64,000 bases of DNA from contig NC_086108.1 in assembly GCF_963921235.1 (NCBI RefSeq), forward strand, positions 25,668,001 to 25,732,000, written 5' to 3'. Source of the stretch: Mobula hypostoma (lineage: Eukaryota). The first letter of the stretch is position 1. Each line of letters opens with the position of its first letter. The notes under the pieces are model-generated. The model had not been told where the DNA came from, searched no databases, and worked only from the letters and a program-made list of their open reading frames with translations. A program made the position numbers and the translations under genes. Of this stretch, positions 53,530-64,000 are shown one piece after another.

Positions 53530-54400
53530 GACCATAAAAGATAGAAGTAGAATTAGGCCATTTGGCCCATCAAGTCTGCTCTGCCATTCAATCATAACCG
53601 ATCCTGTCTTTTCCCTCCTTACACCCCACTCCCCTGGCCTTCTCCCCGTGACCTTTGATGTCGTGGCCAATCAGGAATCTTTCAAGCTCTGCCTTAAATA
53701 CACCCAACGACCCAGCCTCCACAGCTGCCTGTGGCAATAAATTCCCAAAATTCACCACCCTCTGGCTCAAGAAATTTTTCCACATCTTTGTTTTAAATGG
53801 ATGCCCCTTTCTCCTGAGGCTGTGCCCTCTTGTCCTAGACTCCCCACCATGGGTAACATCCTTTCCACATCCACTCTGTCTCGGCCTTTCAACATTCTAA
53901 AGATTTCAATGAGATCTCCCTTCATCCTTCTAAATTCCAGTAAGAACAGACCCAGAGCTATCAAACATTCCTTGTATGATAACCCTTTCATTCTAGGAAT
54001 CATCCTTGTGAACCTCCTCTGAACGCTCTCCAATGTCAGCACATCTTTTCTAAGATGAGGAGCCTAGAACTGTTCCTCATCTTAGAAAACCTCACCATCA
54101 CATCCCTTCTCTTGTATTCTAGACCTTTGAAATGAACGCTAACATTGAATTTACCTTCCTCACAATCAACTCTACCTGCAAGTTAATCTTTAAGTTGTTC
54201 TGCACAAGGACTCCGAAGTCCCTTTGCATTTTTGACTTTTGGATTTTCTCTCCATTTAGAAAATAGTCTGCACATTTATTTCTTCTACCAAATTGCATGG
54301 CCATGCATTGCCCAATCTCCTAATCTGTCTAAATCCTTCTGCAGCCTACCTGTTTCCTCAACGCTACCTGCCCCTTCAACAACAATACCTGCCCCTCCAC
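53530..54400 (-). mobile_element. CR1 LINE 3' fragment with internal deletions
   Basis: LESVQRRFTRMIPRMKGLSY; NFLSQRVVNFGNLLPQ. Confidence 0.88.
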
Positions 54401-56009
54401 CAACACGACCTGAAGAGGCAACTCTACAACCTGCACTGCTCTGCCTATGTTACATAACCCTCCCCTGTGAGTTTTAGAATGACGGAGGACCCAGTAAATG
54501 AGTGCAGAACCCAGATCTGATTTGAAGACAAAGGCAAAGTGAAATTCACAGATTCATTGTCCATTACTGTATCCTGAACATTGCAGACCTGTGGATGGTG
54601 GATGCTGAGTACAAGACATCAAACCACTGTGCAGATCCTTTAACCACTGACTGATTCCTGAATTCTGCGGCACATACTTCCTCACTTTGCACGAGTTAAC
54701 AAAAGTTATTGGCTACCCCATGCTCTCCTACATCTGCTGCTATTAACAGAAACATGCTCTATAGAACCCATGGCATCGTTAACTGTACCACTGATACCAT
54801 GTTGAAACAGCATACAGAAACTCTCAAGAAGATTTCCTAATAGATGCAATTTCACCTGATCTGATCACTGTTATAGGTAACTCACTTCAATTCACAATTT
54901 GCACATATGAATGCACAAAAATGAATCCAATTTCTAGGCTAATACTTGTTAACCTCTACTACTTCACACTTCAAAGAAAAATGTCTGTAGCAGGATTACA
55001 CAACGAATGTAGGAATATTATTTAGCTTCTGGTTCCTATTCTATTATCTAATTAGATTTTGAATGATCCTGCTTAACTCTTTGGCATTTCCCCATTTTCT
55101 TTAATACCTTTGGTTAATAAAACATTCATTAGATTTAAAATTAACACTTCAAAAAGTAGCAATTGTAGTTTGTAAAGCAGAGTTCCAAAACTTGATTGTA
55201 CTTTGTGCATTTTTGTGTTTTTACTGACATTATTTCTTGAGAGGCCTGAACTGAGTTTTGATCATTCCTCTTACTCCTGAATCTCTCAACCAGTGGAAAT
55301 AATTTATCTGCAGCTACTCATTTGCCTATCCTTATAATCTTGAAAACCTTATAACCTTCTAAATTCCTGGGAATATAATCATAGGTTCTGTAATTTAACC
55401 CTTGGAGTTCATGTGTTGGGAATTCTGTACTGCCTTTTCTTTATGGCCACATATCTTTCCTGAACTGTGTGTATGATTCCATCCCGTCTCTATTCCAGTC
55501 TACATGCGAAATGGCCAGCAGATTTGTATTTCTCTATGATCTTCATATGATCCAAGTCTCTTTGGTCTTCCAAAGCTTGGTATCATTTAGAAAGGGATGG
55601 TCTTCCTTTATCAGCTCTGTATATGACCTCACCTTCTCCTGTCTTTTCCACAGCTTTGCCTATTCAAATTATAAATAACTCTTTGATTATTCATCTTCTT
55701 ATCTATGCACTTTCAAGACTACATACCTTTAAGTCAGCAGAAACATGGGTAACCAGCTTTCTATCCTAGCATCAGAGTCCTTTATAATACAATCAGTTCT
55801 TTCAGCTCTGGTTCAGACAGGATCCAATAGCCAAGTTGCATATGGATACTAGTCCAAGGTGAATGAATTGTTCTCAGTGTTATGAGTTCAGCTTCAGCTA
55901 CGTCATTTATGAGGGACTTTTTCAAATGCCTTCTGGAAGATGATATAATTAAAATCTGCAGGTAGCATCTCTTTAAGCAATTAAGTTATTTTTGTAAACT
56001 ACTCTTACT

Positions 56010-56322
56010 TGTTTTCTTTGATTCCATCTTCTTCATACTCTCCTTGTTTTTTTATCTCCTTCATCCTCTCATCCTTCTATTTCTCCCCTTCTTCTCCTCC
56101 TGCTTCTTTTTCTTTGCTGTTTCCTTCATCTCCTTTTCCTTCTTCATTTCTTTCTCCTTCTGCTCCTCCTACTTCTTCTTTACTGTTTCCTGTAACTCCC
56201 TGTCCTTCTTCAACTCCTTGTCCTTCTTCAACTCCTTATCCTTCTTCATTTTCTTGTATTTCTCCATCTCCTTCTCCTTCTTCATCTCCTTTTTCTCTTT
56301 CATCTTCTTCATCATCATCATT
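56010..56322 (+). repeat. Low-complexity (TTC/TCC)n pyrimidine tract
   Basis: Degenerate trinucleotide repeat including three 18-bp units (AACTCCYTRTCCTTCTTC). Confidence 0.85.
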
Positions 56323-57992
56323 ATTTCCACCTGTCAATTCTGAGCTGGCTGATGAAGCCAATGTGAGAAGCACAGTCTCTTCTACAGATGTGACCAAAGC
56401 TGCTGAATGGGGCAGAAGGTGTGTGTTTGGTAAGTTGCCCTCTGCTGTATATGCTGGGCTTCTATGAGTTTCCACTGTGCGACCATTTGTAAAGCCATGC
56501 TGAGAACTCATGTTTAATCACTCTATAGCAGTAAGTTTTTGAAAGCAGGTATTAGGCTCTCTGGTCTAAAATTCTCTGGATTCTTCCTTTTGCATCTTCT
56601 AAAGAGTGATACGCAAACCTCTGCAAAGCAAACCACCTGGCTCTATGCTGACCAAACAACCAGGATTACTCTAAAAAAAAACTTTTTATTCTCCCATTCT
56701 TTGTGTGAGATAGGATCCAACAAAATGTCACAACTGACAAATGGCATGAAGCTGCCTAGTAGTTTCTCACTTTCATCACCTGCATCCACCATATGGTAGA
56801 AGATATTACAAGTTTCTTGGCTTGGGGCAGCATCAGAATAGATAGAAAGTCATTATATATATGACAGCTGGTGAAATAATGATAACAATTCCTAACCTAT
56901 AATGCATTCAACAAGATAAATGGATGTTACTGCAAAGTGCAAAATCTAACTACAAGCTTGCATTGTTAGGTCATGAAATGTTTGAAATATTTCAACCACC
57001 AGACCTATCATCATAGTTCCATAATAAGAGCACCATATAAAAACTCCATTTGTGTGACTGTTTAGAAAGTTGGAAAACTATTGCTGAAAAAAAATGCATG
57101 CTTGTGGCACTATTTTATCATGTCGGGAGGTGGGAAATGCTATTCTCCAGCAAACCATGTGTCTCTCACATAAAGTCATAAAGTCAAGGTGATTATTCTT
57201 TTTTACTCATGTTCACTTTCCTCCTCCCTTCATCTTCTGCTCCCAACCGACATCCCCCAGAGGAAGAGAATTTCTAAGATGTAAAGACTAAATGAAATGT
57301 TGTTATCAGATTATTTTGCTACATGTCCTTTTGTGAATATCATATCTGCCTCTTTAAGCCTGTGTACTGTTCTGAGCATGCCCAGTATCAGGTGTGATCA
57401 TAAATAATGCAGAGATTGTTCTATATTGTGCAGCACTGACATTGTCCAATTAATCATCACCAACTACTGAAGCACAGCACACAGATATTTCTCTTCATCT
57501 CATTTCAAATGACTTATGCTGAGACAAAGTCCCTGACTTGAATTCTACACTGAGGTGGCATCCACTCTGACAATCCTTATCTGAATCTTGGTACTCTCCA
57601 TGTGAAAATATCCCATTTTTTCTAATCTCCTGTAAACATTGACACAGGTTTCACTATTTCTGTTCTCAAAGACAGTTGTATCATCCCAGAAATCATTCTA
57701 CTGTGTTAATGCTGCACAAATGATGATACTTCTCTTGTTTTGGATGCAGAGAGCAAAATGATACACTATATTCCAAACTGAGTTTCAGCTACGCTCTACC
57801 TGGTGATAAGGTATGCATATCCTTTTGCTTTCCTAGTTGCATGCCGTATTTACATGTTTACCTTCTGTGTCTTATGAACTCATCAAGTTTCTCATTATTT
57901 AAACAATAATGCATTTGCATTGTTCCTACCAAAGTGCACCACATTATACTCCTTCTTGTATCTTCTTGCATATTGTCAAGTCTATGCCCTAG

Positions 57993-58234
57993 GTGCACAT
58001 GGTTACATAATTGTTAGAATAATGCTATACTGCACCAGTGACCCGGGTTGAATTGTAAGGAGCTTGTACCAGTGGCCATGTGGGTTTCCTCCGGGTGTTC
58101 TGATTTCCTCCCACATTTCAAACACATACAGATTAGAGTTAATAAGTTGCAGGCATGCTATGTTAGCACCAGATGTATGGCAACACTTGTGGCTACCCCC
58201 AGCACATCCTTGAACTGTGTGGGTCACTGGTGCA
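57993..58234 (+). mobile_element. V-domain SINE, split by the LTR element (tail resumes at 59760-59835)
   Basis: TGTGGGTTTCCTCCGGGTGTTCTGATTTCCTCCCAC core; tail GTGACAAATATAGCTAATCTTTATCTTTA after the right LTR. Confidence 0.7.
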
Positions 58235-58257
58235 GTATAGCATTATTCTAACAATTA

Positions 58258-59582
58258 TGGGTTGGTAGACTATCACTCGAAGATGGTACTCTTAAGTTAG
58301 TCAAGTTCGGCTAACTTGGAAGTTTCAGAGGACAACGGGAAGATCGATGGCATCAGCTCACCTAAAGAACTAAGCATCTCTCTCTCTCTACCACTAATCA
58401 ACTCAATACCACGAACTGAACTGAACTTTACGCATCATCATAAGACTATATCCATTTATCCCCTAGGCTTGAAGAAGCTTGGTTTTTATGTATCCACACT
58501 TATATATATAATCTTTGCTAACCTGTTTGATATATCTGAATTTATATTACTGTATTGCATAGTCACTAATAAATACCATTAGTTAATAGCAATACCAGAC
58601 TCCAAAGTGTTTTCTATATCTGCTGGCTCTTTAACCCATCACAGGGTACGTGACAAAATTGGGGGCTCGTCCGGGATTTGAACCCGTTAGTGTTTCTAAC
58701 TAAAATGAAGGATAAGAATAGAAGGTTATTAAACTGGAGTCTGACCTTGCAAGAATGTGACCTAAAAATAAAACATGCAAAAGGTACTGACAACATTATA
58801 GCTGATTGTTTATCTAGGTGTTAAGTTAGAAATTGTACACATTTTGCTCTGTTATCTGATGATCATTCATGTATTGTTTCAAACTTTGTAATTGACAGGT
58901 AATCTAAAAATTTTGCCTACATCAAAATTTTTCCTAAAAGGTAGGGGGCGTGACAGGATCCTGAATTATCCCTGTGAACTGTGCTTTTAAAAAGAGGGAG
59001 AGAGTTGTTCAACACTGACACCTTGTTATTAAGGGAGAGAGAGAGAGAGAGGCGAAGACTGCTCACAGTTTGTTTGGAATTTCTGCGAGGACACTGGCAG
59101 CTTCTACAGAGAGAGAAGGGAGGAGTTACTTGATGGACAGCTGGTGTTCAGCACAACAGTATTTAAACCAGCGTAATTGCTTGTTTCACAAGACAGGACA
59201 CGCAGACGCACTAAGGTGTGGTAAAGTTACCACTATCCTGTTTAGGTGCCCACGAATGTGGGACTATGGATTGATTACGAGGTATCGATCTATGATTATT
59301 AATGCATGAAAGAGTGACCTTGTGGAGTCTACTAGTGTGTCTAACCATCGCCTGGGTTGGTAGACTATCACTCAAAGACGGTGCTCTTAAGTTGGTCAAG
59401 TTCGGCTAACTTGGAAGTTTCGGAGGACAACGGGAAAATCGACGGCATCAGCTCACCTGAAGAACTAAACACCTCTCTCTCTATCACTACTTAAATCAAT
59501 GCCACAAACTGAACTGAACTTTACTCATCATCGTAAAACTGCATCAATTTATCCCCTAGGCTTGAAGAAGCTTGGATTTTAT

Positions 59583-59613
<31 letters not shown>

Positions 59614-59759
59614 AAATCTTTGCTATCCTGTTTGATATATCTGAATTATATTACTGTGTTGCGTAGTTACTAATAAATACCATTAGTTAAGAGCAATACC
59701 AGACTCCAAATTGTTTTCTATTTCTGATGGTTCTTTAACCTGGCACAGGATACGTGACA
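58258..59759 (+). mobile_element. Internally deleted Gypsy LTR retrotransposon (Gmr1-like): truncated 5' LTR 58258-58655, PBS, RNase H 3' end, PPT, 3' LTR 58949-59759
   Basis: 58258-58655 aligns with 59353-59759 and both end CGTGACA; 58681-58824 encodes NPLVFLTKMKDKNRRLLNWSLTLQECDLKIKHAKGTDNIIADCLSRC*; PPT AAAAGGTAGGGGG at 58936-58948. Confidence 0.9.
58660..58686 (+). other. tRNA-Pro primer-binding site (18 nt canonical, extended to 27 nt)
   Basis: TGGGGGCTCGTCCGGGAT (the same PBS as MLV) followed by TTGAACCCG, complementary to the tRNA-Pro T-arm. Confidence 0.9.
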
Positions 59760-60452
59760 GCGCAAAATTACACATTTCATTTTATGTTTCAAAGTTTTGA
59801 TCTACCTGTGACAAATATAGCTAATCTTTATCTTTATAGAAGCTCGGTATAGACTTCATTCTTCCATCAAGCTTTTTACCCTTAGCAAGTTTGTAAATCT
59901 TAAAATCTATCTTTTTATTTAACTCATTCAGTTGTGAATAGCTGGGTGCTCAGAACTGGATTCTGTGAAATCACATAAGGAACATTCAGCCAACCTTTAA
60001 AAAACCTTTTTATTATTATGCAATTTCTTCTGAACTTTGACAAATAATTCATGCATGCCGATGGCTAGAATTTCCTGGTTTCCTTTGCTGAAGTCCTCTT
60101 CCAGTGAGATGGTCCTTCCTGCTGCCACCCCGGTCCCAGATGCAAAGGCCTCGAATAATGCAAGGCCTAATAGTATAAATCTTCCTATGCAGTGAACCCA
60201 GAACAAGCCCCAACCATAGAAACACCAAATATTCTTTCACAGACAACTTATTTACAGTCCCTCCTGCATACTCTCCTGCTAAGCCAGCTGTTAAATTTTT
60301 GAATGCTCCTGAAGTACAAAGATGTTAAGAAAAGTCTGAAAACTGTTAACAGTTTGTAAAAATAAAAATACTTAAAGCAATTAGAATATGTAAACAACTT
60401 CAATTAAAATTATTGAAATTAAGTTGACAGCCTGTTAACTATTTCCTTTCCA

Positions 60453-60574
60453 AACAAGAGAAAATCTGCAGATTCTGGAAATCCAAGCAACAGACATAGA
60501 ATTCTGGAGGAAATCAGTAGGCCATCTATGGAAAAAAGTATAGTTGATGTTTCGGGCCAAGACCCTTCATCAGG
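60453..60574 (-). mobile_element. PLE 3'-terminal fragment ending at the HHR
   Basis: Reverse complement CTGATGA-AGGGTCTTGGCCC-GAAA-CATC-AACTA followed by the PLE tail. Confidence 0.75.
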
Positions 60575-61644
60575 TCACAGCTGGTCCTTTCCAGCTGTTT
60601 CTCTCCAATGCAATAAGCTCCTGTAAAGGTCTAATTTGGTAGCCTCAGTAGGTAGAATCCTCAATGAAAGCACTGCAAAGAAAATTACTCTGCCTTTTGT
60701 CTCAACATTGGGCTTTTACGTCTGTGGAATTTTACGTGTGCTGAATTTCCTGACTATAATAAATAGAATTGTTGTTATTTCCCAAAATAATGTCAGCTCT
60801 GCTTATTATGAACTCCGTGAACTTACATTATATTGGACCGAGGCAATTTTTTAAAATCCAGGTATACGGACTCTAGTGCTTCTCTCTTTATTTACATCTT
60901 TGTGAAGTTGTTATGTTTATTGAGAACAATATTCCTTCCTATTGGCCTTCCCAACTCAATCTTACATTTCTATATGCTCCCTGATTGTGTCCATATTTAT
61001 GGATTCCAGCAATTTTATGACAGCTAAAGAAAGCTATCTGGTCTTTCTATAGCTCTCACATGCACTTCACTGCTTTACAATGTCCCTTTGCCTGTTTCTG
61101 CTTTCTCTAACAGCCTCTTTAATCTATCAGCTAGACAGTCCATAAACAGGGAAATCAGCACAACAGGCCTCTGCTCACTCTTTAATTAACCTATAAATTC
61201 CATGCCACCCTCTCTATTCATCTTAACAACTATGTTTTCTCACCTCCTCAGTTCTGATGAAGTACCTCAGATAGAACAATGACCTGTGCTTCACAGTGAA
61301 GGCAATGCTCTAAATCAGATTCAGTGAGAAGATTTAACATTGCTCAAATTTAAGGAGAGACGTAGGTTAACTGGCCCCCATAAATTGCCCGCAGTATGTG
61401 GGTGACATACTGGGGGCATCTGGAGAGCATTGATGGGAGTAGGTTACAGTGGGGAATGGGCAGATGGGGTGGACCTGATTACCATCACGGCTCCAACATA
61501 GGGAAATGGAGGTTGATGTGTTCTGGATTAGTCAGGGCATCAAAGGTTATGGGGAGAATGGGGTCCGATTCTTCTCCTATGTCTTATGATCTTATATAAA
61601 CTGTTAGCCCTCTTCCTCTACATAAGGGTTCGACCCAACTTTGC

Positions 61645-61832
61645 CAGATGATGGTGTAGTGGACTTTGAGGTAAGTAGCCCTGGGTTCGAATCCAGCCGG
61701 CACTTGCATGCTTTCCATCCATGCTGAGTTGAGAGTTGAGCTAGCAATTCAGCTCATAAAAAAACAGACAAATGCTAAAGAAACAATGAGGTTGCTGTCT
61801 GTTGCACCACAAGGGGTGGAGAGGAACAACAA
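61645..61832 (+). mobile_element. tRNA-derived SINE
   Basis: A-box-like TGGTGTAGTGG, B-box GGTTCGAATCC, (AAC)n-type tail. Confidence 0.65.
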
Positions 61833-62343
61833 TCTACCAAACTTGTTGAGGATTCTAGCATATTCTGTCCTTTTTTAAGATCCAGCATTTGCAGTTCTTG
61901 GAGACATAGTTTTGTAATTTTTGTTTGATTTTCAACAGCATACCGCATTGCTAGCCTAAATAAAGTTTGTGTTAGTTGAATATTATTTCCGTTCTTTTTG
62001 GTTTTGCTACTGTAGCTACTAACACATTCACTCAATTTGTCTATTGTGACCTCAATTACTGCAAGTAGGTTCTGCCTCTTCTCTTCTGTTACCCTTCAGG
62101 TTTCATTGCCTTTCCTAATTCATCCTTCCAAACTTCATTACTTAATGCATTATATAGCTGCTGATCTTAAAGCCTAATTATGTTCTTCATACACAATTCT
62201 CATTGCATGCTTCCACATCCTTGGTTTGGTCTCATCAGCAAATTTCACAATGATCCACTCAAGGCTTTATTTAATATAATCCTCTGCTTAGAAGAACAAA
62301 AGCAACAAAGGTATTGCCTCCAATCTCTCCTTTAATTCCATTC

Positions 62344-62440
62344 CACACACATAAAGGTTGCTGGTGAACGCAGCAGGCCAGGCAGCATCTCTAGGAAGAG
62401 GTACAGTCGATGTTTCGGGCTGAGGTCCTTCGTCAGGACC
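62344..62440 (-). mobile_element. ~100-bp PLE 3' fragment (HHR + tail) with 13-bp TSD
   Basis: Reverse complement closely matches 35782-35875; TTTAATTCCATTC at 62331-62343 and 62449-62461. Confidence 0.8.
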
Positions 62441-62815
62441 CAATTCCATTTAATTCCATTCATCTGATTTGCTCTTTCATTATTGTTGGGTTTACATCCC
62501 AGAACTCACTACTTAATAACATCATGGAAGAACCTTCACCGTTTCAGGAAGATAAATCACCACCAGCTTATCTAGGGCAGCAAGGAATAGGCAATCAAGA
62601 TTCTTGACCCTGGAATCTAGAAAAGTGAGAAGTGGCTTAATTGAAATGTGTGAGATTGTCAGTCTGGATATGGAGAAGATGTTTCCTCTTTCTCACTTAG
62701 AGGATGATCTGTGGAATTCTTCCTCAAAGATGTCTTTGAATATGTTAAAGGCAGAGCTAGCCATATTCTTGGAAAGCCAGGGATTGACAGATTATGGAGG
62801 ATAATCAGGAATGCA

Positions 62816-63029
62816 CTACTGCTACGTCGATTCAGGCCTAGGGGGCCTGCGTCGGGCACAATGACGGACTCTGCACTTCTCCCTCTCCCTCATCAGTGTG
62901 TTCAGTTCATCTACATTAGCCACACCGCTGTCTTCTAGGAGCGTGTTGACCATAGTCTTGGGAGGGCGCCCAGGGTTCATGCTCCCGTGCTTGGGCTCCC
63001 ATATGATGACTAGGCTGGCAGGTAGCTCG
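62816..63029 (-). mobile_element. RTE-clade LINE 3' end with 8-bp TSD, inserted into an old CR1 3' fragment
   Basis: Encodes ELPASLVIIWEPKHGSMNPGRPPKTMVNTLLEDSGVANVDELNTLMRER..*; (TAG)n tail; TSD GGAATGCA at 62808-62815 and 63030-63037. Confidence 0.8.
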
Positions 63030-63324
63030 GGAATGCAGAGTTGAGGTAATAATCAGAGAAGCCATGGTCTTATTAGTCAATAGAACACATTGGAGTAGCT
63101 GAGTGACCTACTCCTGCTTCTAATTCATTGGGCCACATAAAAATCTGGCAATAACTGTGCTGGCGTTGGTAGCAATGCCTCTGGCTCCTTGGTAAAATGG
63201 CAATAAAAGACGTCATGTGAGGTTTGCCTCTTGGTGCACCTAATTCATTCTAATACAGATGATGGTGGCACAAGAAATAGAACCACTTCTTCCTACATAA
63301 TTCAGTAGTTCAATAATTCCACTT

Positions 63325-63628
63325 AATATCAGAAAATGTATACAACGTACAACCCGAAATTCTTACTCTCTGCGGAAATAATCGAAATAGATGAAAAACC
63401 TAAAGAATGAATGACAGAAAAGAAAGAACCCCAAAGCCCCCCGCCGCCTCCCACGGACAAGCAGCAGCAAGCAGCATCAACCCTCCCTTCCTCCCCCTCC
63501 TCTCCCCCCACTTAATCTAGCATAAGGCATCAGCATTCCCACCACCTATCATGCCAGCAACAGCAAAACCCCCAAAGAGAGACCATGGTCTACAGTCTAT
63601 CAAAAACTATCTGTTCACTCCAACATTT
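63325..63628 (-). mobile_element. Non-autonomous retroelement related to 18711-19523
   Basis: Shares CAGA.AAATGTATACAA..TACA, AAAGAATGAA..AC and C-rich blocks with 18745-18900. Confidence 0.55.
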
Positions 63629-63629
63629 C

Positions 63630-63869
63630 CATAAGACCATAAGATATTGGAGCAGAATTAAGCCATTTGGCCTATCAAGTCTGCACTGCCATTTCATCAT
63701 GGCTGATCTAATGTTTCTCTCAGCCCCATTCTCCTACCTTTTCTGATCAACCAAGAATATATTAATCTCTACTTTAAATATACATAAAGATTTGGCCTCC
63801 ATAGCTGCCTGTAGCAATGAATTTCACAGATTCATCACTCTCTGGCTAAAGAAATTCCTCCTCATCTCC
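63630..63869 (-). mobile_element. Older CR1 3' end
   Basis: (CCATAAGA)n tail; colinear with 53530-53790. Confidence 0.8.
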
Positions 63870-64000
63870 GTTGTTTACAATATATATTAATGACTTGGAT
63901 GAGGGAATTAAATGCAGCATCTCCAAGTTTGCGGATGACACAAAGCTGGGTGGCAGTGTTAGCAGTGAGGAGGATGCTAAGAGGATGCAGGGTGACTTGG
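63870..64000 (+). mobile_element. Young CR1 RT fragment (runs off the window)
   Basis: Reverse complement of 49393-49523 with one visible mismatch; encodes LFTIYINDLDEGIKCSISKFADDTKLGG. Confidence 0.93.

Noticed and set aside
56009..56511. Ser/Pro/Phe-rich and Glu-rich ORFs
   Set aside because: Artefacts of the (TTC/TCC)n low-complexity tract.
58660..58686. tRNA-Pro gene
   Set aside because: Only the 3' 27 nt including CCA complement are present, immediately after an LTR; it is a PBS.
59997..60206. ORF resembling a signal-peptide precursor (..ILLGLALFEAFASG..)
   Set aside because: TTG start, weak donor (GTTTTT), no recognisable family motif, and it does not chain with other candidate exons.
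61645..61700. tRNA gene
   Set aside because: A and B boxes are present but there is no cloverleaf, and it is followed by a SINE body and tail.

Overview
Eukaryotic, repeat-rich, apparently intronic or intergenic DNA. The repeat inventory (CR1 LINEs, Rex1/Babar LINEs, Neptune-type Penelope elements, V-domain SINEs) suggests a cartilaginous fish, probably a ray; that is inference. No host protein-coding gene could be identified; only weak splice-bounded candidates exist. Main elements: a decayed chromodomain Gypsy (1-2.9 kb); an old CR1 (12.2-20.0 kb) hosting four nested insertions, including a TIR element with a 6-bp TSD and a younger CR1; a Rex1 LINE; an internally deleted Chapaev3-like transposase; three larger Penelope-like elements (PLEs); a Tc1 derivative; a young CR1 with an uninterrupted 869-aa ORF2; and an internally deleted Gmr1-like LTR element. 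The most interesting signals are: (i) minimal hammerhead ribozyme (HHR) motifs in PLE 3' ends, with many short copies ending at, or folding back at, the ribozyme; (ii) an inverted PLE insertion with a 16-bp TSD and a template-switch junction; (iii) an LTR element whose tRNA-Pro PBS extends to 27 nt and joins the RNase H 3' end through 6-nt microhomology; (iv) perfect templated inverted repeats at deletion breakpoints. All comparisons were made by eye, and boundaries of old repeats are approximate.
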